Source of the DNA: Rikenella microfusus | GTDB lineage: Bacteria > Bacteroidota > Bacteroidia > Bacteroidales > DYQK01 | DNA: 62,458 bases | Assembly (NCBI GenBank): GCA_020719385.1 | Contig: DYQK01000004.1 | Coordinates: 1-62,458, forward strand | Direction: 5' to 3' | Shown here: positions 9,636 to 19,184 of the stretch, piece after piece | How the letters are laid out: every line of letters begins with the position of its first letter | Numbering within the stretch: the first letter of the stretch is position 1 | Notes under the pieces: generated by a model | The model's input: the letters and a program-made list of their open reading frames with translations, nothing else | What the model was told of the DNA's origin: nothing | Databases searched by the model: none | Translations under genes and position numbers: made by a program

Positions 9636-10997
9636 ATGTTAAAAAAAATATTTTTTTCGCTTCTTGCAATTTGCAATTTTTTGTTTTCTTTCTCTCAAGA
9701 AAATAAAATCATTGACCACATTGTTGCCGTTGTCGGTACAAAAATTATTACTCTCTCCGAGATTGAGTCCCAATATATGCAGTATCAAGCACGCGGCTAT
9801 CACCAAAATGCTGATATGAAATGCGTTATTTTTGAAGAACTTCTTTTTCAACGACTGCTGTTAAATCAAGCAGAACTCGATAGTTTGCAAATTTCCGACA
9901 AACAAGTGGACAAAGAACTCGAAGCAAGAGTCTCTTCCATCGTTGAACAAATGGGCGGACAACAAAAAGTAGAGGAATATTTTAACAAAACGCTCATCGA
10001 AATCAAAGAAGACCTTCGAGATGCCATTCACGACCAACTGCTCGCACAAAAAATGCAAGGCGAAATCACAAAAGAAGTAAAATCGTTGCCCTCTGATGTG
10101 CAAATTTTTTTCAATAGCATTCCAAAAGATAGTTTACCGACCATTGAGTCTGAAGTTGAAATGGCTCAAATTGTTAAATATCCCGAAGTTTTAGATGAAA
10201 TGAAAAAAATCACAAAGCAACGACTGAACGAATATCGCGAAAGAATTTTAAAAAGTACAAATCCTGACGTAGAATTTGCAGGTTTAGCCCGACTTTACTC
10301 CGAGGACAAAGAATCTGCAAAAAATGGAGGAAATCTTGGTTTTATCGGGCGCGGAGAATTAGTGCCTGAATTTGCCGCTGTTGCGTTCAATCTCAAAATC
10401 GGCGAAGTTTCGAATATTGTCGAGACAGAATTTGGGTTTCATATCATCAAAGTTCTCGAAAAACGCGGTGAACAAAGCAGCATTTCGCATATTTTGCTCT
10501 CGCCGCCTGTTGCTTCGGAGCAAAAAATTAAATCGAAAAATTATCTCGACAGCCTCGCAACCGTCCTTCGCACAAAAAAAGATACTTTGACTTTTGAGGA
10601 AACAGCAATGTTTTACTCCGAAGATAAAAATACGCGAAATAACGGCGGTTTAATTGTGAATCCGCAAACAGGCTCGACAAGATTTACCATCAACCAACTT
10701 GACGCAGCAACCAATTTCACTCTAAAAACGATGAATATCGGTGAGATTTCTGCTCCTTTCGAAACGAAAGACGAGAAAGGAAAAGTTTGTTACAAAATTA
10801 TTTGGTTAAAATCTCGCACAAAGGAACATATTGCGAATCTCAAAGATGATTATCAGAAAATTATGGAATTTTCTTTGAGAAAGAAAAAACAAGACGCAAT
10901 AAACAAATGGATTTTGGAAAAACAAAAAACTACTTACATTCACATTGATAATTCGTACAAAAATTGTTCGTTCAATTTTAAAGGATGGCTGAAATAA
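9636..10997 (+). CDS. surA: SurA-like periplasmic chaperone / parvulin PPIase
   Basis: Signal peptide, IDHIVAVVG N-domain, rotamase motifs FAGLARLYSED..SAKNGG.LG and ETEFGFHII. Confidence 0.88.
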   Translation: MLKKIFFSLLAICNFLFSFSQENKIIDHIVAVVGTKIITLSEIESQYMQYQARGYHQNADMKCVIFEELLFQRLLLNQAELDSLQISDKQVDKELEARVSSIVEQMGGQQKVEEYFNKTLIEIKEDLRDAIHDQLLAQKMQGEITKEVKSLPSDVQIFFNSIPKDSLPTIESEVEMAQIVKYPEVLDEMKKITKQRLNEYRERILKSTNPDVEFAGLARLYSEDKESAKNGGNLGFIGRGELVPEFAAVAFNLKIGEVSNIVETEFGFHIIKVLEKRGEQSSISHILLSPPVASEQKIKSKNYLDSLATVLRTKKDTLTFEETAMFYSEDKNTRNNGGLIVNPQTGSTRFTINQLDAATNFTLKTMNIGEISAPFETKDEKGKVCYKIIWLKSRTKEHIANLKDDYQKIMEFSLRKKKQDAINKWILEKQKTTYIHIDNSYKNCSFNFKGWLK

Positions 10998-11018
10998 AAT
11001 GTTTTTGTAAATAAAAAT

Positions 11019-11049
11019 ACTCTGACAAAATTAAAAAAATTGTCAGAGT
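11019..11049. terminator. Hairpin between convergent genes
   Basis: ACTCTGACAA...TTGTCAGAGT. Confidence 0.7.
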
Positions 11050-11058
11050 TTTAATCTT

Positions 11059-13404
11059 CTACTCAATAACAAACTTTTGTGTCGCGGTTTTTTCATTTGA
11101 AATGAGTTGTAAAAAATAAATTCCCCTTGTTAAATGTGAAAAATCAAAGTTTTGTTTACCTTTTTTCACTGACATTTTTCCCGAATAAACATTTTGTCCG
11201 TTTAAATTTAAAATTTTTACCTCAACAAATTGTTCTTTCTCAAACTCAATAAAAAATTGTCCGTTATTAGGATTTGGCTGAACTTTTTTCTCCGCAATCT
11301 CCTGATTTTCAACAGAAACAGGAATGCCGCTCTGCGTTAAATAAACATTTTTCATCTCCCCACTATTGCCGTAATGAACTTTTATTGTCGCACTTCTGTC
11401 TTGACGAGAATTATTTTCTCCAACAGAAACGTAAATTGTCGAAGACATTTCACCGCTTCGAACATCAAAATTCACCCACGATTCCGCACACGAAACCGCC
11501 CAATAAGTATTTGAGGCAAAACCTAAACTCGAAGAACCAACAGAATGCGAAAAATACATTTGTGAATTGGCAAGACTCAACTTCGGAGTAATCGAAATTT
11601 TACTCGTCAAAGTGGTTGTGTTATTTCGCCAATGGTCGTCAAAAGTAAACTGATTTTTATAAATGGCAATTCCAACGAAATATTCGCCCGCAGGAACATT
11701 CCAAGGAATAAACCGATTTGCCCCAAAACGAGAACGACTTTCCGCATTAAAATTATCAAAATACAGATAACTGCCCAATTCATAATCATTCGCAGGAATA
11801 TCGCGGTTGCGAGAAAGAAAAAATTGTACCCGCACATCCGACAAACTAACATTCGAGTTATTCTCTGCGGTAACATTCGAAATAGAAATTACCTCGTCAG
11901 GCTCATAAACAGCTTTATCTGTTGTACTTGGTCGCAAATTAAATTGAGAAACATCGGGGTCGGCATAATATGACTCAATTCCTACATCAACATAACTTTT
12001 TATTGCAGTCTGCGATTTATAATGTTGACGCAAAAGATACGCATCTGCGGCGTGTAAAAGTCTACCGTTCTCATAAATATTTTGATAACCGCCGTGCATA
12101 ATACTTAATTGGTCGTAAGCATAAGTTTCGGAGTACGGACCAAGCATAAAACCGCAAACGTGACCCAACTCGTGCATCGAAACTTGAACCAAATTATAAA
12201 TATTCGAACCATTAATTACGTCATCAATGTTTTCTGACCAAGAATAACTCGGATTATACATATGATCAGACTCCGCTATTGGTCCACAATCTGCCTCCGC
12301 ATACGTAATTGTCATTCCCAAAGCACCGCCCCATTGAAAACCATATTGAGAATTTAAAGCCTCGTTGCTAACAGAATTACAAAACTCATTTACACCGTTA
12401 TTTCCTGCAAAACTTCCATCACTGTCGATGTAAGAAAAAATATCCATCACCAAATTCATATCATACATAATATTATTATAGACTCCAAATTCAGAAAACG
12501 ATGAAGGAACTTGTTTCATAACAATATTTAACGAATGAGAACCACACATTCCAAGACTGCCATGTTTAATATCAGATTTTTTTACCTGAAAAAAACTTGA
12601 TTTCTCTTTTGTGAACAAACTTTTTATTGCGAAACACTCAAGTTCATTATTTTTATTCCTAAAATAATAAAAACCTTGACCATCAAGTCTCAATTTCTTC
12701 TCTTTCAAAGGTGTTTTTAAAATTTTTTTCTGTATTATCTCAATAACTTGAGATTTTTCCATAGGTGAAAGTGAATCTTTCTTGAGATTTTTCGACTCAA
12801 AAACTTGATCCTTAGAATCTGACGAAACAGGAAGAGACTGATTTCTCAATATTAACGTATCATTTTGATACTCAAACTGATTATTCGCAATTTTTTTCAC
12901 AGAGTTTTTCGAAAAACTCCATTTATTTCCGTCATAACCTGTGATAATTTTCTTTGAAACATCAATAACATACTCTTTTCCCGTTACAGAATCTTTTATC
13001 ACCTCAAATTTGCCTTGAAAATTTCCCAAAATCGGATTTGAGTAAACTTTCTCGTTGTCAAAAGTGAAAATTAAATAACGTTTATCGACCTCGAAGTGCG
13101 GCATATCACTGACAGAAATATTTTTGCCGTCAAGTTTGCCGCCTGCGTAGGTGAGAGAAAATGTCTTTGCGTTTTTTTGCTTCGCATTTTCTGAAAAATG
13201 CACCCACTCAATAGAACGAAAAAAGACATCTGTAAAAATCATTGTGCGTTTTTCATTCCAACGACAAGAAATTTTTTCAACCGTGCCGACAAAAATTGCG
13301 TCTGAGGTTTGAGCAATTTCATTTATCGACAAATCAACAGGCTGCGAGATTACAAAATTTATTTTCAAAACGAAAATTAAGAAAAGAAAAAATAATTTTT
13401 TCAT
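11059..13404 (-). CDS. T9SS-secreted matrixin/metzincin-like metallopeptidase with pro-region, CARDB-like and BACON domains
   Basis: HELGHxxG and SIM Met-turn; SNTYW..SW..N....R.A.I (BACON); PNPNNG..GIY CTD. Confidence 0.7.
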   Translation of the reverse strand: MKKLFFLFLIFVLKINFVISQPVDLSINEIAQTSDAIFVGTVEKISCRWNEKRTMIFTDVFFRSIEWVHFSENAKQKNAKTFSLTYAGGKLDGKNISVSDMPHFEVDKRYLIFTFDNEKVYSNPILGNFQGKFEVIKDSVTGKEYVIDVSKKIITGYDGNKWSFSKNSVKKIANNQFEYQNDTLILRNQSLPVSSDSKDQVFESKNLKKDSLSPMEKSQVIEIIQKKILKTPLKEKKLRLDGQGFYYFRNKNNELECFAIKSLFTKEKSSFFQVKKSDIKHGSLGMCGSHSLNIVMKQVPSSFSEFGVYNNIMYDMNLVMDIFSYIDSDGSFAGNNGVNEFCNSVSNEALNSQYGFQWGGALGMTITYAEADCGPIAESDHMYNPSYSWSENIDDVINGSNIYNLVQVSMHELGHVCGFMLGPYSETYAYDQLSIMHGGYQNIYENGRLLHAADAYLLRQHYKSQTAIKSYVDVGIESYYADPDVSQFNLRPSTTDKAVYEPDEVISISNVTAENNSNVSLSDVRVQFFLSRNRDIPANDYELGSYLYFDNFNAESRSRFGANRFIPWNVPAGEYFVGIAIYKNQFTFDDHWRNNTTTLTSKISITPKLSLANSQMYFSHSVGSSSLGFASNTYWAVSCAESWVNFDVRSGEMSSTIYVSVGENNSRQDRSATIKVHYGNSGEMKNVYLTQSGIPVSVENQEIAEKKVQPNPNNGQFFIEFEKEQFVEVKILNLNGQNVYSGKMSVKKGKQNFDFSHLTRGIYFLQLISNEKTATQKFVIE

Positions 13405-13532
13405 AAAAAACGAAATTAAATATTTACAAAAATAAAAATATTTTTCGAGAAATATTTCAAAAAAAGTTGAATATTGAAAAAATAAATTCTAAATTTGCCG
13501 CACAAAATATTTTCGTTTCTCAAAAATTTTTT

Positions 13533-16500
13533 ATGCACAAGTTTTCAAAGTTTTTTCTCCTTATAATTCTGTTTTTGTTATTTTTCAAAGAAAATAACGC
13601 ACAATTTTATTACGGACATCAAATGGAATTCGGCAAAAATCGGGTTCAATATGGCGAATATTATTGGACTTTTTATCGTTATGAAAAATTTGATGTATAT
13701 TTTTATCTCAACGGGAAAAATCTCGCTCAATATACGGCTTCTGTCGCTGCGAGAAAACTTGCTGAATTTGAGAATTTCTTTAACCACACGCTCGACCATC
13801 GAATAGTTTTTATTGTTTACAACAAACTTTCCGAGTTTCGACAAAGCAACATCGGACTTGTTACCGCAGATAATCAAGCAAACACTGGCGGCGTAACAAA
13901 AATTATCGACAACAAAGTGTTTCTCTACTTCGAGGGCGACCACAAAAATTTTGATACGCAAATATCAGCAGCTATTGCTGAAGTGCTTGTGAATCAAATA
14001 CTTTACGGCGGAAATTTTCGCGAAAAAATCACAAATTCTACGTTGATAGAATTGCCCGAATGGTACACAAAAGGGTTAATCTCGTATCTCTCGAATGAAT
14101 GGGATTTTGAAATCGAAAATCGTATAAAAGACGGAATATTGAGTGGAAAATATGAAAAATTTAATTATCTTTTGAACGAAGACGCTCAGTTTGCGGGGCA
14201 TTCTATTTTTTATTACGTTGCACAAATTTATGGAAAAGCCGTGATTCAAAACATTATTTACATGACAAGAATCAATAAAAATGCGGATAGCGGTTTTATG
14301 TACGTCCTGGGTGCGTCAGTGAAGGATATTTCTTTCGATTGGTTAAATTTTTACAAAGAGAAATTCCAAAATTTTTCAGATTCTTCGTTGCGAGAGAAAA
14401 AAAATGAAGTTAAAAAACGAATCAAAAAAGACAGAGTTTATCAACAAATGAAAATGAGTCCCGATGGGAAAAATCTTTGTTACTCCACAAATCAGTCGGG
14501 AAAATATAAAATTTATATTTACAACATCGAGACGCAAAAACGCAAAAAAATTCTCACTCGCGAGCATAAACTTGAACAAATTACTGATTATTCTTTTCCC
14601 TCTCTTGCGTGGCATCCTTCGGGCAAAATCCTTACGTATTTCACCGAAGAGGAAGGAAAATTGTTTATTTCTCATTACGATTTAGAGACAAAACAAACTT
14701 CGCGAAATTATTTTTTCTTTTTCGAAAAAGTTTTAGATTTTAGTTATTCCAACAACGGTGCAAAAATGGTGCTTTCTGCGATTTTGAACGGGAAATCTGA
14801 CATTTTTATCTACAATGCTGCCTCAAATTCTGTCGAAACAATTACAAAAGATATTGCCGATGATTTGCAACCGCGTTTTATTGAAAATTCTACGAAAATT
14901 ATTTTCTCCTCGAATCGAATTAGCGACACAATAACTTTTGACAAAGAAACGGCACGCGAGTTTTTACTAACAAATATTTCTCAATCTTATGATTTGTTTA
15001 TTTTTGATTTAAAAACGAGAAATAAAATTTTAACGAGAATTTCAGAAACACCGTATATCAATGAATATCAACCAATTGAGGTAAAACCGAATACTTTTTT
15101 GTATCTCAGCGATGAAAGCGGAATTATTAATCGACAAATCATTCGTTATGACAGCACAATTTCTTACATTGATACGGCGGCACATTATCGGTATTTTAGT
15201 ACCAAAAATACCTTAACTTCGTATCCGCGAAATATCGAAAAATTTGATTATCAACCAAAAACTAAAACATTATCTGAAATTTTGTATTTTGACAAAAAAT
15301 TTCATTTGTTTTACAACGAATTTGATTTCTTAGATACGACTAACAATTCTTTTCAAACCCCTTTTCGCAAAGAATTAACCGCACAAATGCAGAAAAAAGA
15401 CAGTTTAGGAAAAGTTGAAAAAATTAAACTCGAAAAAGAAAAATTTGAAGCAGATAGTTTGTTGAAAAAACCATTGAAAATTCTCACTCATCCCGATTCT
15501 ACGTTTCTAAGTATCAATAATTACGTTTTTGAACGCGAGAAAAATAAACAATATGAATATTTATTTCGCCGCGATAGTTTAAAAAGTGAGAAAAAAAGCA
15601 ACGAAACAGGACTTCCACCTGTGCGGGAATATTTTACGTGGTTTTACATCGATTATTTAGTGAATCAAGTCGATTTTAGTTTTTTAAATTCGTCTTATCA
15701 AGCGTTTACAGGAAATGGTTTTTATTTTAACCCTGGTTTTAACGTACTTTTTAAAGTTGGAGCGAAGGATTTGTTCGAAAATTACAAAATTACAGGCGGA
15801 GCAAGATTCGCAGTAGATTTTCAAAGCAACGAATATTTGTTGAGTTTCGAAAATTTAAAATATCGTCTCGACAAACAATTCGTTTTGCATCGGCAGGTTT
15901 TGGCAAGTATTGAGGAAAATTCAATTCAAAGCGTTGCGACAAAAGTATATACTCACGAGGCAATGACCATTTTGCGTTACCCATTTTCGCAAGTTCTTGC
16001 ATTGAAAAGCACTTTTAGCTTGCGATACGATGAAGGTATGTTTCTCGTTACCGATTACAGATATTTGAATCGAAAACCAACAGATAAATTTGTGGCAGGT
16101 GGAAAATTGGAGTATATTTTTGACAACACTATTTCGCGCGGAGTAAATTTGTTCGAAGGTTTTCGATATAAAATTTTCGGCGAATTTTATCAACATCTCA
16201 ATGATAAATTTCACAATTTATCAGTCCTTGGTGCGGATTTTCGAAGTTATACAAAAATTCACAGAAATATTATTTGGGCGAACCGTTTTGCGACAAGTAC
16301 ATCTTTTGGAAGTAGTTTATTGATTTATTATCTCGGCGGCGTTGATAATTGGACGAATTTTTTGTCAGGAATCTCAACTTTTGACAGAGAAATTCCTATT
16401 GACACAAATTATCATTATACTTATCAAGCCGTTGCGACCAATATGCGTGGTTTTGTGCAAAATGTTCGAAATGGCACTTCATTTGCCGTGTTTAACTCTG

Positions 16501-16835
16501 AAATTCGTTTCCCAATTATTCGATACTTCGCAAACAGACCGATTAGTTCAGAATTTTTTAACAATTTTCAAATTGTTGGTTTTTTCGATATGGGTTCTGC
16601 CTGGACAGGAATAATTCCGTTTGCAAAGAAAAATGCCTACGACATTGAAACGATAAAAAACGGTCCCATCAGAATTACTATTGACAAAGAACGCACACCG
16701 ATAGTTTACGGTTATGGTTTTGGGTTGCGAACAAAATTATTTGGTTATTTTATTCGCACCGACTGGGCTTGGGGAATTGACGGCGATGTTGAGTTGCCGC
16801 AAATTTTTTATCTTTCACTTAATTTGGATTTTTAA
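13533..16835 (+). CDS. BamA/Omp85-family outer-membrane protein with N-terminal peptidase-MA-like and TolB-like (PD40) propeller domains
   Basis: FGKNRVQY, LPEWY..G, SPDGK/WHPSG repeats, MRGF loop-6-like motif, C-terminal Phe. ATG 13533 preferred because TAAATTTG lies at 13490-13497. Confidence 0.75.
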   Translation: MHKFSKFFLLIILFLLFFKENNAQFYYGHQMEFGKNRVQYGEYYWTFYRYEKFDVYFYLNGKNLAQYTASVAARKLAEFENFFNHTLDHRIVFIVYNKLSEFRQSNIGLVTADNQANTGGVTKIIDNKVFLYFEGDHKNFDTQISAAIAEVLVNQILYGGNFREKITNSTLIELPEWYTKGLISYLSNEWDFEIENRIKDGILSGKYEKFNYLLNEDAQFAGHSIFYYVAQIYGKAVIQNIIYMTRINKNADSGFMYVLGASVKDISFDWLNFYKEKFQNFSDSSLREKKNEVKKRIKKDRVYQQMKMSPDGKNLCYSTNQSGKYKIYIYNIETQKRKKILTREHKLEQITDYSFPSLAWHPSGKILTYFTEEEGKLFISHYDLETKQTSRNYFFFFEKVLDFSYSNNGAKMVLSAILNGKSDIFIYNAASNSVETITKDIADDLQPRFIENSTKIIFSSNRISDTITFDKETAREFLLTNISQSYDLFIFDLKTRNKILTRISETPYINEYQPIEVKPNTFLYLSDESGIINRQIIRYDSTISYIDTAAHYRYFSTKNTLTSYPRNIEKFDYQPKTKTLSEILYFDKKFHLFYNEFDFLDTTNNSFQTPFRKELTAQMQKKDSLGKVEKIKLEKEKFEADSLLKKPLKILTHPDSTFLSINNYVFEREKNKQYEYLFRRDSLKSEKKSNETGLPPVREYFTWFYIDYLVNQVDFSFLNSSYQAFTGNGFYFNPGFNVLFKVGAKDLFENYKITGGARFAVDFQSNEYLLSFENLKYRLDKQFVLHRQVLASIEENSIQSVATKVYTHEAMTILRYPFSQVLALKSTFSLRYDEGMFLVTDYRYLNRKPTDKFVAGGKLEYIFDNTISRGVNLFEGFRYKIFGEFYQHLNDKFHNLSVLGADFRSYTKIHRNIIWANRFATSTSFGSSLLIYYLGGVDNWTNFLSGISTFDREIPIDTNYHYTYQAVATNMRGFVQNVRNGTSFAVFNSEIRFPIIRYFANRPISSEFFNNFQIVGFFDMGSAWTGIIPFAKKNAYDIETIKNGPIRITIDKERTPIVYGYGFGLRTKLFGYFIRTDWAWGIDGDVELPQIFYLSLNLDF

Positions 16836-16839
16836 AAAT

Positions 16840-17586
16840 ATGGAACAAATTCTCTGCGAAATTGATAAAATAAAAACAGAATTAGATTTTTTGCGAAAAA
16901 ATCTTGACAATTTTACGATTCTCGAAGCGTTGAGGACAGAATTTTTGTACGAAAGTAACCGAATCGAAGGAAATTCCTTGACTTTGCGAGAGACACAATT
17001 AATTGTAAACGAAGGAATTACTATTTCGGGCAAAACTGTTCGCGAACATTTGGAAGCAATAAATCACAAAGAAGCAATTTTATTTATCGAAGAAATTGTT
17101 TCGCAAAAAATTTCTCTTTCAGAATACGTTTTAAAACAAATTCACTCAATAATTTTGTATGGAATCGACAGAGTGAACGCAGGAAAATATCGTTCTGTGC
17201 CTGTAATGATTTCAGGAAGTCAATATTTGCCGCCGCCGCCGTATGTTTTACAAAGTTTAATGGATAATTTTTTTATTTTCTATGAAAAAAATTGCGAAAT
17301 GTTGCATCCCGTAATTCTTGCCGCAGAGATTCACGAAAAATTAGTCTCAATTCATCCATTCATTGACGGAAACGGAAGAACTGCACGGTTAATTATGAAT
17401 TTGATTTTGTTACAAAATGGTTTTCCGTTGATTATTATTGGTGGAGACAGCAAAACTCGACTCAATTATTACGAATCATTGGAATTTTCACAAATCAATA
17501 ACGACAATTCCTGTTTTATTTTGTTTATTGCGGAAAAAGTTTTAGAAAATTTAAAAAGATATTTAAAAATTTTTAAAAATTATTAA
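16840..17586 (+). CDS. Fic family AMP-transferase, class II (auto-inhibited)
   Basis: HPFIDGNGRTAR and upstream SNRIEGN inhibitory helix. Start moved to ATG 16840 to avoid overlap with the previous gene. Confidence 0.92.
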   Translation: MEQILCEIDKIKTELDFLRKNLDNFTILEALRTEFLYESNRIEGNSLTLRETQLIVNEGITISGKTVREHLEAINHKEAILFIEEIVSQKISLSEYVLKQIHSIILYGIDRVNAGKYRSVPVMISGSQYLPPPPYVLQSLMDNFFIFYEKNCEMLHPVILAAEIHEKLVSIHPFIDGNGRTARLIMNLILLQNGFPLIIIGGDSKTRLNYYESLEFSQINNDNSCFILFIAEKVLENLKRYLKIFKNY

Positions 17587-17638
17587 TTTTTCACAAAAAA
17601 AATGTTATTTTTGTCTTTTGAAAAAAATTTTCTCAAAA

Positions 17639-19138
17639 ATGAAAAATAAATTGAAAATTTTGATAATTGATGATATGCTTGCTGATGCAAATTATCTCAA
17701 ACGTATTATCTCGAAATTGCCGCTTTGGGAAAGCAACATAGAAATGGCGGTTGACAGCACGGAAGGATTAAAAATTTGCCGCGAATTACATCCAGATGTG
17801 ATTTTTGTTGATTATCTCTTGGGAGCAGAATATGGCGTAAATATTATTAAACAATTCTCAGAAATGGGAATAAATGCGTCTTTTGTTTTGCTAACTGCTT
17901 TTGGCAGCGAAAGTGTTGTTACAGAAGCACTGCGCGCAGGTGCATCAGATTATATCTCGAAAAACGAACGCACTACAGAAAACATTGACCGAACACTTCG
18001 ACATATTTTTCAAAAAAAACAAGCAGACGAAAAATTACGAAAAACAGAAACTAAATTAAAAACAATTATTGAAAATACGAGAACAGGAATTATTACTATT
18101 GATATTTGGGGCAATATTATTGAAGCGAATGCCCCATATTTAGACCTTGTTGGACGTTATCTGATGGAGCAAGTCATCGGACATTCCATTTTTGAATGGA
18201 CTGCATCGAAATATATTCCCAAGATGAAAGAATTTATGCAAGAAGCGTTACAAAACAACGGATTTGACGACAAAGAAGTGGCATACATCAAACCAAGCGG
18301 AGAAACGGTCTACATTCTTTTGAACGCCGCAACGGAATATGTTGATAATGAAGTATTTATCTCGTTGTTGTGTCGAGACCTCACTTTTCACAAATTAGCC
18401 GAGGAGCAACTTTTACTCGCAAAACAGAAAGCCGAAGAGTCAGATAGGCTCAAAAGTGCCTTTCTCTCAACTATCTCTCACGAAGTAAGAACACCGTTAA
18501 ACGTAATTCAGCAAGGAGTAACCGTTTTAAAAGAAGAAGATTCTACAGACGAGGTAAAAGAAATGTGCTTTCAATATATCGAAAATAATATTAATATTCT
18601 TTTGCGAATGTTTAGCGATATGCTTGATATTGCCGGGATAGAATCGAAACAATTTCACTTAAAAAAACAACGATTTTCTGTTTATTCTTTGTTAGAAAAA
18701 TTGTTGAAAACTTTCGAAACCGAAAAAATTGTGATGGAAAAAAGTTTTATTGACTTGCGAATCTCTATTTCTGAAGAAAATAAAAATCTCGAAATTTTTA
18801 CAGACGAAGAATCTTTGTTTAAAGTCTTCTCGCATTTGATACGCAACGCAATTAAATTTACGGACAAAGGTTTTATCGAATTTGGGTACAAAATCAGCCG
18901 ACATAATTACGTAGATTTTTTTGTCATTGATACAGGAATCGGAATCAAAGCAGAAAAAATTCCTTATATTTTTGATGTTTTTCGAAAAACAAATGAGGAT
19001 AAAAATCGACTTTTCGCAGGAACAGGCATCGGACTAACGTTGGTAAAAAAAATTCTCAGTACTCTCGACGGCGAAATTAACGTAGTTTCAGAACCGCAAA
19101 AAGGGTCAACATTTCACTTTTCGATACAATGTTTATAA
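17639..19138 (+). CDS. Cytoplasmic hybrid histidine kinase REC-PAS-HisKA-HATPase
   Basis: LIIDD..D..LLT..K receiver; SHEVRTPL; NAIKFT, DTGIGI, GTGIGL boxes; no TM helix. Confidence 0.9.
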   Translation: MKNKLKILIIDDMLADANYLKRIISKLPLWESNIEMAVDSTEGLKICRELHPDVIFVDYLLGAEYGVNIIKQFSEMGINASFVLLTAFGSESVVTEALRAGASDYISKNERTTENIDRTLRHIFQKKQADEKLRKTETKLKTIIENTRTGIITIDIWGNIIEANAPYLDLVGRYLMEQVIGHSIFEWTASKYIPKMKEFMQEALQNNGFDDKEVAYIKPSGETVYILLNAATEYVDNEVFISLLCRDLTFHKLAEEQLLLAKQKAEESDRLKSAFLSTISHEVRTPLNVIQQGVTVLKEEDSTDEVKEMCFQYIENNINILLRMFSDMLDIAGIESKQFHLKKQRFSVYSLLEKLLKTFETEKIVMEKSFIDLRISISEENKNLEIFTDEESLFKVFSHLIRNAIKFTDKGFIEFGYKISRHNYVDFFVIDTGIGIKAEKIPYIFDVFRKTNEDKNRLFAGTGIGLTLVKKILSTLDGEINVVSEPQKGSTFHFSIQCL

Positions 19139-19184
19139 AATTTCGAAAAAATTTTTTATCTTTGCAGCGAAAAATTTATCAGAA

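Noticed and set aside
16714-16839. N-terminal extension of the Fic ORF; similar TTG/GTG extensions on several other ORFs
   Set aside because: They overlap the upstream gene or the promoter element; downstream ATGs fit better.
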